From Deferrisomatales bacterium (GTDB taxonomy: Bacteria; Desulfobacterota; Deferrisomatia; Deferrisomatales; JACRMM01): a DNA stretch of 20,870 nucleotides. The translations under genes and the position numbers were made by a program. The stretch spans positions 1-20,870 of the forward strand of contig JAWSUI010000059.1 in the NCBI GenBank assembly GCA_033551855.1, written 5' to 3'. This document shows positions 1-10,891 of the stretch, piece after piece (position 1 is the stretch's first letter; every line of letters starts with the position of its first letter). The notes below the pieces were generated by a model. The model worked only from the letters and a program-made list of their open reading frames with translations. It ran no database searches and had not been told where the DNA came from.

Positions 1-2234
1 AACCCCCCGATGCTGAACTCCCAATTAGAGGCGTCTTCTCCGGACTTCCGATCGAGCACGTAGCCCCACTCGAGACGGAGCGGCCCCAGGGGGCTGAACC
101 AGCGGACCCCGAACCCCGCGCTGCGCCGCAGCGGGGTGTCCAGGTAGCCCTGCCCCTCCTCCCAGGCGTTACCCGCGTCGAAGAAGACCACCCCCCGCAG
201 CTTGGCCTCCTCGATCAGGGGAAAGAGGTACTCGAAATTGACCAACAGCTCCTTGTCCCCGCCGATCACGTCGCCGGTCTCCGAGTCCACCGGCCCGACG
301 CTGCGGGAATCGAACCCCCGCAGGGACGAGATGCCCCCCAGGTAGTAGCGCTCGTACACCGGGATGGTGCGCCCCTGCAAAGCATGGATGTACCCCACCC
401 GACCATGGAGGGTGAGCACGTGGCGGAGCCACAGGGGGACGTACCGCGAGGCGTCCAACCCGTACTTGAGAAACGCCGCGTCTCCCCCCAGGGGGCCCCC
501 GGCCCACTCCACGCTCCCCTCCGCGTTGACCCCACGGCGGGGCTCCCAGGGATTGTCGCGCGAGTCGTAGGTCAGAAGCGAGGTGAGCGAGGAAGTGACC
601 GTGGTCCCCTGCTGATCCCGGAGGAACCGCGACGCGTTGGGCGACACGTTCTTCACCTCGGCCTCCTCCAGCCGGTAGATCCCGCGGATGCGCCACTCTT
701 CCGAGAGTGCGGTGCCGAGCTTGAGGGCCCCCCCAAGGGCGTCCTTCGTGTAGTCCGTGTACTCCCGCCGCGACTTGTAGAGGTCGATGCCGGCGTATAC
801 CTCGGAGTCGAAGACCCGCGGGTTGTTGAACGTCAAACTGTAGCTCTCCCGGGTGGTGCCGAAGCTCGCCTGGGCCGCCAACTGATAGGCCAGGCCCAGG
901 AAGTTGCGTTGACTGACGCTGGCCATCCCGACGATCCGGTCCACGGAGGAGTACCCGGCCCCGACGGTGAAGGCGCCGGTGGCCTTCTCCTCCACCTCGA
1001 TGTCCACGTCCAGCAGGTTCGTCCCGGGGCGGCGGTGGGTCGTGAGGTTGACCTTCTCGAAGAACCCCAGATTCTCGATTCTCCGGCGGGTCCTCTGGAT
1101 AGCCGTCCCGTTGTAGAGGTCCCCCTCGGCCAGCCGGGCCTCGCGGCGCACCACCCGGTCACGGCTCTTCGTGTTCCCGCGCACCTCGATCCGCCCCAGA
1201 TAGACCAGGTCCCCCTTGCGGATGGCGAAGTCCAGGTCCAGCGTGCGGGCCTCTGGGTCGACCTGGGTCATCGGGTCCACGTCCACGAAGGCGTACCCGA
1301 TGTCGGCATAGAGGTCGGTAAGGCCTTGATGGGCCTTGCGAAAATCGTCGCTGCGGAATGTGTCCCCCTCGGTGAGGCCCGCCGCCTTCCGCAGGGTCTC
1401 CTCCGGGAAGTCCAGGTCGCCGGAGAAGGTCACCCGTCCAATGGTGTGAGGCTCGCCCTCCGACACGGGGATGTCGATCCTGAGCCACCGGCGATCCGGG
1501 GTCAGGGCGACCAGGGGCTCCCTGACCTCCACGTCCACGAACCCACGGTTCAGGTAGTGGGATCGGATCACCTCCCGATCCCGCTCGAGGTCCGTGTCCG
1601 TGAAGGTCCCCGAACGACTCAGCCACGACCACCAGCCGGCGGCCCGCGTCCCCATCGCCTTCCGCAGCGGCCTGTGCTGTTCCTCGCTCACGCCGAGCAG
1701 ATCGACGTCCTTGATCCGGACCCTCGACCCCTCCGAGACCCGATACACCACGTCCACGTGGTTGCGCCCGTCGTCTACGGGCTGGATCTCCCCCCGGACC
1801 TCCGCCAGGTAGTAGCCTTTCTCCCGGTACAGGTCCCGCAGGGCGCGTGCCCCCTCCTCCACCCGCGCGTCGTCGAGGATCTCTCGGCGCCGGAGGGAGA
1901 CGGCATTCTCGACGTCTTCCTTGTCCAGGTTGTCCACGCCCTCGGTCTTCCACTCCCTCAGGGCCGGCCGTTCCAGGAGCACGAAGGTGAGGACCCCGTC
2001 GTCTCCCAACTCCACGACGATGTCCTCGAAGTACCCCAGGGCGTAGATGGACGCCAGATCCTCTCGGACCCGACCGGCGTCGTACGGCTCCCCCGGCCGG
2101 CTCGAGACCCGCTGGAGGACCAGCCCCTCCTCCACGCGCAGGTTCCCGCGGACCTTTACCTCCGTCAGGACGCGCTCCGCTGCGGCCTCGGCAGCCAGCA
2201 GAAGCCCCAGGGCCAGACAGAGCACCTTTCTCAC
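1..2234 (-). CDS. bamA: Outer membrane protein assembly factor BamA (Omp85), 3' end just beyond the window edge
   Basis: Absent from the ORF track because its stop lies outside the window; segments translated by hand. The GTG at 2234 overlaps the lolD stop (GTGA). It reads signal peptide [19 protein letters not shown], then POTRA-like [10 protein letters not shown]. The same frame gives the loop-6 motif [14 protein letters not shown] (~312-353) and a C-terminal strand WEFSIGG at the left edge. Confidence 0.95.
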   Translation of the reverse strand, partial: MRKVLCLALGLLLAAEAAAERVLTEVKVRGNLRVEEGLVLQRVSSRPGEPYDAGRVREDLASIYALGYFEDIVVELGDDGVLTFVLLERPALREWKTEGVDNLDKEDVENAVSLRRREILDDARVEEGARALRDLYREKGYYLAEVRGEIQPVDDGRNHVDVVYRVSEGSRVRIKDVDLLGVSEEQHRPLRKAMGTRAAGWWSWLSRSGTFTDTDLERDREVIRSHYLNRGFVDVEVREPLVALTPDRRWLRIDIPVSEGEPHTIGRVTFSGDLDFPEETLRKAAGLTEGDTFRSDDFRKAHQGLTDLYADIGYAFVDVDPMTQVDPEARTLDLDFAIRKGDLVYLGRIEVRGNTKSRDRVVRREARLAEGDLYNGTAIQRTRRRIENLGFFEKVNLTTHRRPGTNLLDVDIEVEEKATGAFTVGAGYSSVDRIVGMASVSQRNFLGLAYQLAAQASFGTTRESYSLTFNNPRVFDSEVYAGIDLYKSRREYTDYTKDALGGALKLGTALSEEWRIRGIYRLEEAEVKNVSPNASRFLRDQQGTTVTSSLTSLLTYDSRDNPWEPRRGVNAEGSVEWAGGPLGGDAAFLKYGLDASRYVPLWLRHVLTLHGRVGYIHALQGRTIPVYERYYLGGISSLRGFDSRSVGPVDSETGDVIGGDKELLVNFEYLFPLIEEAKLRGVVFFDAGNAWEEGQGYLDTPLRRSAGFGVRWFSPLGPLRLEWGYVLDRKSGEDASNWEFSIGG

Positions 2235-2923
2235 CGCGCCTTCCTCTTCTCGTCGGCCACCCTCCCGTCGGACAGGGTGACGATGCGGTCCATCGACTCC
2301 GCGAGCTCCCGGTTGTGGGTTACGACCACGAGCGCTGTGCCCGTGCGCCGGTTCCAGTCCAGCATGAGGCGATGCACGGCCTCTCCGGTGCGCTCGTCCA
2401 GGTTGCCCGTGGGCTCGTCGGCCAAAACCAACGCGGGATCCAACACCAGGGCGCGGGCCAGCGCCACCCTCTGCTGCTCTCCCCCGGACAGCTCTCCGGG
2501 CCTGTGCGTCAGGCGTGCCCCCAAGCCCACCGCTTCCAGGATGTCCCGCGCCCTTCCCTGGGCCTCTTCCCGGGAGCGGCCCGAGATGCGGGCGGGCATC
2601 GCCGCGTTCTCCAGGGCACTGAACTCCGCCAGCAGATGGTGGAACTGGAAGACGAACCCCACGTGGCGATTCCGGAAGGCGGCCAAGTCCGTCTCCGGCC
2701 GGCCGAACACGTCCTCCCCGCGAAACCGCACCTGGCCCTCGGTGGGGCGGTCCAGGGCCCCCAGGATGTGGAGGAGGGTGGACTTTCCGACCCCCGAGGC
2801 CCCGACCACGGCCAGGCACTCTCCGCGCCCCACGGTAAGATCGATCCCCTTCAGGACCTCCAGGCGCGCCCCCCCCTGGACGAAGACCTTACGCACCCCC
2901 ACCGCTTCCAAGAGGGGCTCCAT
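2231..2923 (-). CDS. lolD: Lipoprotein-releasing ABC transporter ATP-binding protein LolD (230 aa)
   Basis: C-terminal part of track ORF 2231..3565. The start is ATG 2923 (MEPLLEAVG), overlapping the upstream stop as TGATG. Motifs: Walker [49 protein letters not shown]. It lies near lolC/E and bamA. Confidence 0.93.
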   Translation of the reverse strand: MEPLLEAVGVRKVFVQGGARLEVLKGIDLTVGRGECLAVVGASGVGKSTLLHILGALDRPTEGQVRFRGEDVFGRPETDLAAFRNRHVGFVFQFHHLLAEFSALENAAMPARISGRSREEAQGRARDILEAVGLGARLTHRPGELSGGEQQRVALARALVLDPALVLADEPTGNLDERTGEAVHRLMLDWNRRTGTALVVVTHNRELAESMDRIVTLSDGRVADEKRKAR

Positions 2924-4092
2924 CAGGTGTCCCCCTGCAGGATCTGGGCGATGGTCGCCGCGGCCCGCTCGTCCCGCAGGCGCTCCAGGGCCTCCCGAAG
3001 CGCCGGGTTGCGCTCCAGGACCGGCGCCGCCTCCGCCTCGGGCACCGCCAGCACAACCCCTTCGGTCGCCGCCGTGACGGACGCGGTGCGGGGGGCACCG
3101 CTCACCAGTGCGACCTCCCCGAAGAGGCTGCCCGGGCCCAACTCGGCCAGAAGCAGGGGTTTCCCGGTGCCCGGGGCCAGGGCGGTGACGAGGAATCTTC
3201 CACGTTTGACCAGGTACAGGGAGCGATCCGTGTCCCCCTCCCGCACCACCACGTCCCCGGGGGAAACCCCCACGTCCCGGAAGAGATCCGCCAGACGCCG
3301 GCGCTCCTCCTCGCGAAGCAGGCGAAACACGGGGGACGCGGCCAGCACCCGGTCGAGCACCCTCCGGCGGTAGAACGCCGCGAGGGCATCGGCCACGCCG
3401 GGATAGCGCGCCACCAAGGCATCCGCATCCTCCCTGCGCATCTCGAGGAGCTCGGCGGGCCCCACGGCCGTGACCTCGGCACTGCGCCGCTCGCGGCTGA
3501 AGAACGCACCCTCGCCGAAGACGGCCCCCTCGCCCAACTCGGCGAGGGTCACCCCACCACGGCACACCTGCACCGCCCCGGAAGCGACGAAGAAGAGAGA
3601 ATCCCCCGGATCCCCCTCGCGAAAGAGCGTCTCACCCATCCCCAGGGAACGCGGCACCAGTTTCTCGATGATCTGCGCGACCTCACCAGGGCCGAGGTCC
3701 GCGAAGAGCGAAATCTCGGGCAGCGGTCGGCGTGCCACACCCGGAAGCGCGGATCCCGTTCCGCGTCGAGAGTAGAGCCCGGCGAGCACCCCGGCCACCT
3801 CACCTGCGGCGGGATCGACCCGCAGCAGGACCTTCTGCACGGCGATGGCCTGGGGCAGGAACCCCCCGCGCGCGTAGAGCTCGGCCAGTTTCCGGTAGGC
3901 GGCGGCGGCCTCGGCGCGCCGGCCCGCCTTCGCCTGAAGGTCGGCCACCCGGCGCAGGACCTGGGCGTTGTCGGGCTCCCGGGACGCCACCCGCAGGTAG
4001 GCCTCCAGCGCCTGAGCCCACTGGCCCCGGGTGTAGTGCTCCTCGGCGGCGGACTTGTCGTCCTTCCTGCCCCTGCGGAAGAGCAAACCCAT
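2923..4092 (-). CDS. TPR-repeat protein with two tandem cyclic-nucleotide-binding (CAP_ED/cNMP) domains (~389 aa)
   Basis: Likely start ATG 4092 (MGLLFRRG) after GAGAGGGGA. The N-terminus has TPR-like helices ([42 protein letters not shown]). Two cNMP domains follow: [17 protein letters not shown]...[16 protein letters not shown] and [17 protein letters not shown]...[16 protein letters not shown]. No HTH or kinase domain is visible. Confidence 0.88.
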   Translation of the reverse strand: MGLLFRRGRKDDKSAAEEHYTRGQWAQALEAYLRVASREPDNAQVLRRVADLQAKAGRRAEAAAAYRKLAELYARGGFLPQAIAVQKVLLRVDPAAGEVAGVLAGLYSRRGTGSALPGVARRPLPEISLFADLGPGEVAQIIEKLVPRSLGMGETLFREGDPGDSLFFVASGAVQVCRGGVTLAELGEGAVFGEGAFFSRERRSAEVTAVGPAELLEMRREDADALVARYPGVADALAAFYRRRVLDRVLAASPVFRLLREEERRRLADLFRDVGVSPGDVVVREGDTDRSLYLVKRGRFLVTALAPGTGKPLLLAELGPGSLFGEVALVSGAPRTASVTAATEGVVLAVPEAEAAPVLERNPALREALERLRDERAAATIAQILQGDT

Positions 4093-4099
4093 TCCCCTC

Positions 4100-5323
4100 T
4101 CACTCGTATCGCAGGATCTCGACCGGGTCCATACGCGCCGCCTGCCAGGAGGGGTACAGGGTCGCGAGAAAGGACAGCGCAACCGCGCACACGGCCACCA
4201 GAGCGAACACCTCGGGCTTCATCACCACCGGGAGCGTGTCGATGTAATACACGTCGCTGGGCAGGTCGATGAATCGGTAGCGCTTCAGGAGAACGCACAG
4301 GACCCATCCCCCCAGGAGGCCCGCCCCCGTGCCCAACCCCCCAATCACGAGCCCCTCGAGCATGAAGATCCGCCGGATCGAACGTCCCGTCGCCCCCATC
4401 GACTTCAGGATTCCGATGTCCCGCGCCTTCTCCAGCACCACCATGATCAGGGTCGCGGCGATGTTGAAGGCCGCCACCACGACGATGAGCGCCAGGATGA
4501 CGAACATCACGATCTTTTCCAGCTTGAGTGCGCTGAAGAGATTGCGATTCATCTCCATCCAGTCCCGTGTCCAATAGCCGGGGCCCAAGCGGGCCTCGAT
4601 GGCCCGGGCCACCCTGTCGGCCCCGTAGAGGTCCCGGGTTCCCACCTCGATCCCGCTGACCCCCTCCCCCAGGCGCAGGAAGTCCTGGGCCGTCTCCAGA
4701 TCCGTGAAGAGAAAGCTCGTGTCGTATTCGTACATACCGGAGGCGAAGATTCCCGAAACCCGGAAGGCCCGCATCCGGGGCACGAGGCCCAACGGGGTGG
4801 GGCTGCCCGCAGGGCTCACCACCTGGACCACGTCGCCGACGAACAGGCCCATGCCCCGGGCCATCTCCCTCCCCACGAGTAGACCCGGCACATCCCCTCG
4901 GGCCTCCGGGAGCCTCCCCTCCACTAGAAACCGCTCCACCTCGGCCGCCCGGGCCTCGCTCTCGAGCTCGACGCCGCGGAAGACGGCCCCCTGCACCGCC
5001 CTGCCGGCCATGAGCATCACCTGGCTCAAGGCGAAGGGGGTAGCAGACACCACCCCCTCCACCTGCTCCAGCTCGCCGACCACGTCGGCGGAGCGCTCGA
5101 GGGCGGGCCCCAGGGAGTACACCGTCACGTGGGCGGTAGCCCCGAGGATCTTGTCCCGCAGATCCTCCTCGAAACCGGTCATCACCGAGAGCACGACCAC
5201 CAAGGCCATCACACCCAGGGCCACGCCCCCCACGCTGATCCACGTGATCAGCGAAATGAAGAGCTCCCCCCGGCGGGCCTTCAGGTAGCGCAGGGCGATG
5301 CCCAGCTCGTAGGGGGCGTCCAC
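4100..5323 (-). CDS. lolC: Lipoprotein-releasing ABC transporter permease LolC/E family (single copy here, possibly LolF-type)
   Basis: 407 aa. IALRYLKARR followed by a TM segment ISVGGVALGVMALVVVLSVMTGFEEDLRDKILG; DWMEMNRNLFSALKLEK; VAAFNI; DIGILKSMGA; LPSDVYYIDTLP; C-terminal YPSWQAARMDPVEILRYE. Confidence 0.94.
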   Translation of the reverse strand: MDAPYELGIALRYLKARRGELFISLITWISVGGVALGVMALVVVLSVMTGFEEDLRDKILGATAHVTVYSLGPALERSADVVGELEQVEGVVSATPFALSQVMLMAGRAVQGAVFRGVELESEARAAEVERFLVEGRLPEARGDVPGLLVGREMARGMGLFVGDVVQVVSPAGSPTPLGLVPRMRAFRVSGIFASGMYEYDTSFLFTDLETAQDFLRLGEGVSGIEVGTRDLYGADRVARAIEARLGPGYWTRDWMEMNRNLFSALKLEKIVMFVILALIVVVAAFNIAATLIMVVLEKARDIGILKSMGATGRSIRRIFMLEGLVIGGLGTGAGLLGGWVLCVLLKRYRFIDLPSDVYYIDTLPVVMKPEVFALVAVCAVALSFLATLYPSWQAARMDPVEILRYE

Positions 5324-5326
5324 CGG

Positions 5327-6811
<1,485 letters not shown>

Positions 6812-6866
6812 GCCGCCATCCTCGTCGTGCTCGTCACCAACCCGGGGGCTGCCCCAAAGCGCGGGG

Positions 6867-6896
6867 ACCATACCACACCGGGCGGGGGGGTTGCAC
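6867..6896 (-). promoter_or_regulatory. Putative sigma70 promoter for lysS-lol-bamA
   Basis: The minus strand reads GTGCAA-18 nt-TATGGT with an extended -10 TGn, about 55 nt upstream of the lysS ATG. Confidence 0.45.
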
Positions 6897-6912
6897 CGGC
6901 CCCGCAGGGGCC

Positions 6913-7707
6913 TCAGCTCCCGGGGGGGCCGCTCTCGACCCGCTCGATCCCCGTGCATCGCCCCGAGGCCGTGTCGGCCGAGACCACCACGCCACACACC
7001 GTTGCCTCCCCCTCCGCCACGGCGTGCCCCCGGGGGATCCGGCTGCGGAAGCGCTCCACCGCACGGCCAGCAGACACCCCGATGACCGAATCCCTCACCC
7101 CGCTCATCCCCACGTCGGTGATGTAGCCGGTCCCCCCGGGCAAGACGCGGGCATCCGCCGTGGCAACGTGGGTGTGGGTCCCCAGAACGGCTGTGACCCG
7201 GCCGTCCAGGTGCCACCCCATCGCCTGTTTCTCGCTCGTAGCCTCGGCGTGGAAGTCCAGGAGCCGAACCCGAACCTCGGGGGGAAAGCGCGCGAAGACC
7301 GCATCGGCGACCTGGAAGGGGCAGTCCAGCGGATCCATGAAGATCCGACCGGAGAGATTCGCCACGCCGACCGGGACCCCGCCGGCCTCCACCGTGCACC
7401 AGCCCACGCCGGGGGTCCCCGGGGGGTAGTTCGCGGGCCGCAGTAGCCGCGGCAAGTGCTCCAGGCGGCCAAGGATCTCCTTCTTGTCCCAGACGTGGTT
7501 CCCCGTGGTGATCACGTGGACCCCCGCCGAGAAGAGGGCCCGGGCGGTTGCCCCGGTGATGCCCAGCCCGGCGGCCGTATTCTCGCCGTTGGCGACCACC
7601 AGGCCCGCCCCGGTCTCCGCCACCAGGCGGTGCAGGCGCGCCTGCACGGCCCGAAGCCCAGGCTCCCCCACCACGTCACCAAGAAAGAGGATCCGCAGGG
7701 TGCCCAC
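6913..7707 (-). CDS. ymdB: YmdB/TIGR00282-family metallophosphoesterase
   Basis: 264 aa. [66 protein letters not shown]. The start overlaps the rny stop (TAGTG), matching the usual rny-ymdB pair. Confidence 0.94.
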   Translation of the reverse strand: MGTLRILFLGDVVGEPGLRAVQARLHRLVAETGAGLVVANGENTAAGLGITGATARALFSAGVHVITTGNHVWDKKEILGRLEHLPRLLRPANYPPGTPGVGWCTVEAGGVPVGVANLSGRIFMDPLDCPFQVADAVFARFPPEVRVRLLDFHAEATSEKQAMGWHLDGRVTAVLGTHTHVATADARVLPGGTGYITDVGMSGVRDSVIGVSAGRAVERFRSRIPRGHAVAEGEATVCGVVVSADTASGRCTGIERVESGPPGS

Positions 7708-9272
7708 TACTTGGCGTACTCCACGGCCCGCGTCTCCCGGATCACGGTGATGCGGATCTGCCCCGGGTAGGAGAGCTCCTTCTCCACCTTCCGGGCAATG
7801 TCCTTGGACAGCAGCACCGCGGTGTCATCGTCGACCCGCTCGTTGTTGACGATGATCCGGATCTCCCGGCCGGCCTGGATGGCGAAGGACTTGGAGACGC
7901 CTTCGAAGGAGTTCGCGATGCGCTCTAGGTCCTCCAAGCGCTTGACGTAGGTCTCGAGCATCTCCCTCCGGGCCCCCGGGCGCGCCGCCGAGAGCGCGTC
8001 GGCCGACTGGACCAGGACCGCGAGGATCGACTCGGGCTTGACGTCGTCGTGGTGGGCCGCCACCGCGTGGACGATCTCCTTGGGCTCACCGTACTTTCGA
8101 CACAGGTCCGCCCCGATCGTGGCGTGGGAGCCCTCGATCTCGTGATCGACCGCCTTGCCGAGATCGTGCAGGAGCCCCGCCCGCTTCGCCTGCTTCACGT
8201 TGATCCCGAGCTCCGACGCCATGATCCCGCAGAGGAACGCCACCTCCAGCGAGTGGTTGAGCACGTTCTGGGCAAAGGACGAGCGGTACTTGAGGCGCCC
8301 CAGCAGGTTGACGACCTCCGGGTGGATGCCGTGCACCCCCACGTCGAAGGTGGCCTGCTCCCCCGCCTCCTTGAGCTCTTGCTCCACCTCCTTGGTGACC
8401 TTCTTCACCACCTCCTCGATCCGGGCGGGGTGGATGCGCCCGTCGCTGATGAGCCGCTCCAGGGAGACCCGGGCGATCTCCCGGCGCACGGGGTTGTAGC
8501 CCGAAAGGAGAACCGTCTCCGGCGTGTCGTCCACGATGAGGTCGATCCCGGTCGCCGCCTCGATGGCCCGGATGTTGCGCCCCTCGCGACCGATGATCCG
8601 GCCCTTCATTTCCTCTCCCGGCAGCTGGACGCTGGTGACCGTTCGCTCGGCCACGTAATCCCCGGCGTAGCGCTGGATGGCCAGGCTGATGATCTCCTTT
8701 GCCTTCTTGTCCGCGACTTTCCTGGCCTCTTCCTCGGCCTCGCGGACCTCCCGGGCTGCGTCGTGGCGCGCCTCGCTCAGGAGAGCCTGTTTCAGCTCCT
8801 CCTTGGCATCCTCCGCGCTCATTCCCGCCACACGCTCCAGCTGCCGGGTGACCTCGGCAACCTTGGCCTCCACCTCCCTCCGCGCCGTCTCCATCTCCAC
8901 GCTGCGCTCGTCGAGACTGTCTTCCCGCTCCTGGAGGCGGGTTTCCCGCTTGTCGAGGTTTTCCTCCTTCTTCTCCAGGTTCCCCTCGCGCTGCTGGACG
9001 CGCTTCTCGACGGCCAGGAGCTCGCTCTTCCTCTCCTCCAGCTCTTTGTCCACCCGGGCCCGCTCGGCAAAGGTCTCTTCCTTCGCCCGGAGAACCACCT
9101 CCTTCTTCAGGATCTCCGCCTCTTTGCGAGCCTCTTCGCGGATGGCGTCCGCCTCGGCCCGGGCGTCCTGGTCCACGGCCCGGGCGCGCCTTCGCGCCGC
9201 CACGAAGCCCGCCGCCAAGGCCACAAGGGCCGCGGCGAGCACCCATACGATCACGATCCCAGTGGAATGCAC
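7707..9272 (-). CDS. rny: Ribonuclease Y (~521 aa)
   Basis: Start GTG 9272 after AAGGAG. It has an N-terminal TM helix, a long coiled coil, a KH domain ([16 protein letters not shown]) and an HD domain ([10 protein letters not shown]), plus [14 protein letters not shown] and the C-terminus [20 protein letters not shown]. Confidence 0.97.
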   Translation of the reverse strand: MHSTGIVIVWVLAAALVALAAGFVAARRRARAVDQDARAEADAIREEARKEAEILKKEVVLRAKEETFAERARVDKELEERKSELLAVEKRVQQREGNLEKKEENLDKRETRLQEREDSLDERSVEMETARREVEAKVAEVTRQLERVAGMSAEDAKEELKQALLSEARHDAAREVREAEEEARKVADKKAKEIISLAIQRYAGDYVAERTVTSVQLPGEEMKGRIIGREGRNIRAIEAATGIDLIVDDTPETVLLSGYNPVRREIARVSLERLISDGRIHPARIEEVVKKVTKEVEQELKEAGEQATFDVGVHGIHPEVVNLLGRLKYRSSFAQNVLNHSLEVAFLCGIMASELGINVKQAKRAGLLHDLGKAVDHEIEGSHATIGADLCRKYGEPKEIVHAVAAHHDDVKPESILAVLVQSADALSAARPGARREMLETYVKRLEDLERIANSFEGVSKSFAIQAGREIRIIVNNERVDDDTAVLLSKDIARKVEKELSYPGQIRITVIRETRAVEYAK

Positions 9273-9411
9273 ACGGATCTCCTTTCCCAGCGAAGGACCG
9301 GGCGGCACCGGAGACACGGCCCGGCGGGTCAGGAGACAGGACGAGGAGAACCCGCGCTCCCTGGGGGGCACAGGTTACCGAGAGGTCAGGACGGGATCCG
9401 GAGAGAAAGGG

Positions 9412-9586
9412 ATCCCCCGCTCGTGCCGTGTTCCTAAGGTTCGGTTGAACCTTGCGTGGAAAGGTGGGCGTCCTGTAACCGTTTCACGGGCTCCCCGGAG
9501 GGCATGCCATCCACGGACAGGGAGGACCCCCAGCGTCATGCCGTTGGCTCAACAGCTTCCAGCGGAATCACGCGCACAGCAGGGGA
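9412..9586 (-). ncRNA. ssrS: 6S RNA
   Basis: It lies downstream of zapA, the canonical position. The ~175 nt minus strand folds by eye as a rod: 5' TCCCCTGCT-GTGC-GCGTG-ATTCC pairs with 3' GGAA-CACG-GCAC-GAGCGGGGGA, GTTGAGCC pairs with GGTTCAAC, and TGGGGGTCCT pairs with AGGACGCCCA around a central bubble. Ends are approximate. Confidence 0.88.
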
Positions 9587-9887
9587 ATGGTGTCTTCGTC
9601 GCCGCGAAAGCCTCTGGTATGAGGTTGTCGATGCGCTGGGCAAGACAGGCGTGGCGCTCTTCGAGCTCGGCCTCCCGCTCCCGGGAGGCATCCCTTTCGA
9701 GAAGCAACTCGCTCGCCAGGTCCATGGCGGCCAGAACGGCAATCTGCAGGGTGGCCACCGAGCGAGCCGCTGCCGCGACTTCGCGCATCTTTCGGTCCAC
9801 CAGCTCCGCGACCCGCCGTACGTGCTCGCCTTCCACGTCCGCGCGCAGGGAGTATGGCTGCCCGAAGATCTCTACCTGGTGAACCAT
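9549..9887 (-). CDS. zapA: Cell division protein ZapA (~112 aa including an atypical tail)
   Basis: ATG 9887 overlaps the upstream stop (TGATG). VEIFGQPYSLR...HVRRVAELVDRKMREV...IAVLAAMDLASEL matches the ZapA pattern, and the gene lies upstream of 6S RNA. Confidence 0.92.
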   Translation of the reverse strand: MVHQVEIFGQPYSLRADVEGEHVRRVAELVDRKMREVAAAARSVATLQIAVLAAMDLASELLLERDASREREAELEERHACLAQRIDNLIPEAFAATKTPFPCCARDSAGSC

Positions 9888-10141
9888 CAAGCCTCCCCGC
9901 CACCCTCCGTCGCCTCCAGGGCCTCGAGCCGCTCCAGGGTCTCCACCAGCCGGCCCAGTCTCTCCCGGATTACGTCCCGTTCCTTTCGAAATTCCTCGAC
10001 CTCACTCTCGAGGTCGCCAAGCCGCCTGGTCTTCTCTTCGAGGCGGCGTTCGAGGAGGGTCTTGTCCTCCCTCAGCCGGTTGAAGTGATCTGCGAGCCGG
10101 GTCAGCCTCTGCTCCAGAAGATTGAGTTTTTCCAAGTGCAT
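9887..10141 (-). CDS. zapB: ZapB-like coiled-coil cell division protein (84 aa)
   Basis: All-helical heptad protein (LNLLEQRLTRLADHFNRLREDKTLLERRL...ERDVIRERLGRLVETL) with RBS GAGGAGAGG, translationally coupled to zapA. Confidence 0.75.
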   Translation of the reverse strand: MHLEKLNLLEQRLTRLADHFNRLREDKTLLERRLEEKTRRLGDLESEVEEFRKERDVIRERLGRLVETLERLEALEATEGGGEA

Positions 10142-10164
10142 AGGCCTCTCCTCGCTCGTGGGCC

Positions 10165-10193
10165 ATGGTAGTCGGCCGTCCGGGGCAAGTCAA
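10165..10193 (-). promoter_or_regulatory. Sigma70 promoter for zapB-zapA-ssrS-rny-ymdB
   Basis: The minus strand reads TTGACT-17 nt-TACCAT, 23 nt upstream of the zapB ATG. Confidence 0.7.
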
Positions 10194-10226
10194 GGGACAA
10201 ACCCTGCCGGCGAACCCGCCTCGGCT

Positions 10227-10437
10227 CTAGTACGACAGCGAGAGTTGCGTCGGAGTCGGGGGCGGGGCCTTTCCGGAGAGCGGGCAAGCGGCCTTGGAAC
10301 GAGGCTCTGGGCTCACCGAAGGGCCGTAGGGGCGCTCGAAACCGCCTCGCGATCCCTGCGCGCCGGGATCCTGCCCGCCGGAGGGAAGGTTTCGCGCCGA
10401 ACGCACGCGGAGAACCGATCGCTCGTTGTAGTACCAG
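10227..10437. mobile_element. Possible degenerate MITE or IS remnant
   Basis: Imperfect inverted repeat: TACGACAGCGAG (10231-10242) versus the reverse complement of 10422-10433, TACTACAACGAG (10/12). Flanked by CTAG and CCAG. Confidence 0.35.
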
Positions 10438-10471
10438 GATCCCTCGCCCGTGCGTCAGCGCCTCCCTGCGA

Positions 10472-10677
10472 GGATCCACCACCACCCCCTCGCAGGGCGA
10501 TAACCGGCAGCCCGGGAGAGCAGCCCCGCGCCACGTCGAGCGGAACCGCCGAGTCCGGTGCAAACGGGTGAAGTACGGCGCACCGGGGACTGCTGGGGCA
10601 CCCCTTCGTATTGCCGCGGATTGCGGGGCGAAACGTGGGGCCTCCCGGACCCCGCCTGCCGAGCAGTCGGGGAATCC
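10472..10677 (+). repeat. Dispersed intergenic repeat, copy 1
   Basis: GGATCCACCACCACCCCCTCG...CCCGGGAGAGCAGCCCCGCGCC...CGGCGCACCGGGG...GCCGCGGA...GGGGCCTCCCGGACCCC...CCGAGC aligns by eye with the copies at 19262-19431 and 20765-20870. Confidence 0.7.
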
Positions 10678-10792
10678 CGGCCTAGTCCCCCACCGGATGA
10701 ACGCAGGGTGAGGCAGCCCATTTCCTCCTCCCTCGCGCCCGCCCGTCGCCAGCCCTCGGAACCGCAGGCCGTACCTCGGAGGAACCCCCTTT

Positions 10793-10822
10793 CGACACCG
10801 AGACCGTTTCCGATCCCGATAC
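10793..10822. repeat. Degenerate 6-bp tandem repeat (5 units)
   Basis: CGACAC CGAGAC CGTTTC CGATCC CGATAC. Confidence 0.55.
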
Positions 10823-10891
10823 CTTTGTAGGCGGCCCGCCCGTCCGGGGTGCCTTCCGGAGCTGCATCGTCCCACGGGGGGCGGCATCCCG

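Noticed and set aside
384..3077. 897-aa plus-strand ORF (likewise 5129..7126, 8049..9437 and 16356..18119)
   Set aside because: These are antisense to well-supported genes (bamA/lolD, lysS, rny, hemY) and have no domain signatures.
6818..6835. GACGAG CACGAC GAGGAT short periodicity before lysS
   Set aside because: Only three weak units, overlapping the probable RBS; not distinguishable from chance.
6898..6912. GGCCCC-GCA-GGGGCC hairpin right after the ymdB stop
   Set aside because: It has only a 6-bp stem and no U-tract, so it cannot be supported as a terminator in such GC-rich DNA.
6812..7399. Long N-terminal extensions in the ORF track for lysS (also lolD, fixC, psuG and rny), suggesting fusions
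   Set aside because: The extensions overlap neighbouring genes or repeats. Downstream starts have an RBS or stop-start overlap and give family-typical lengths.
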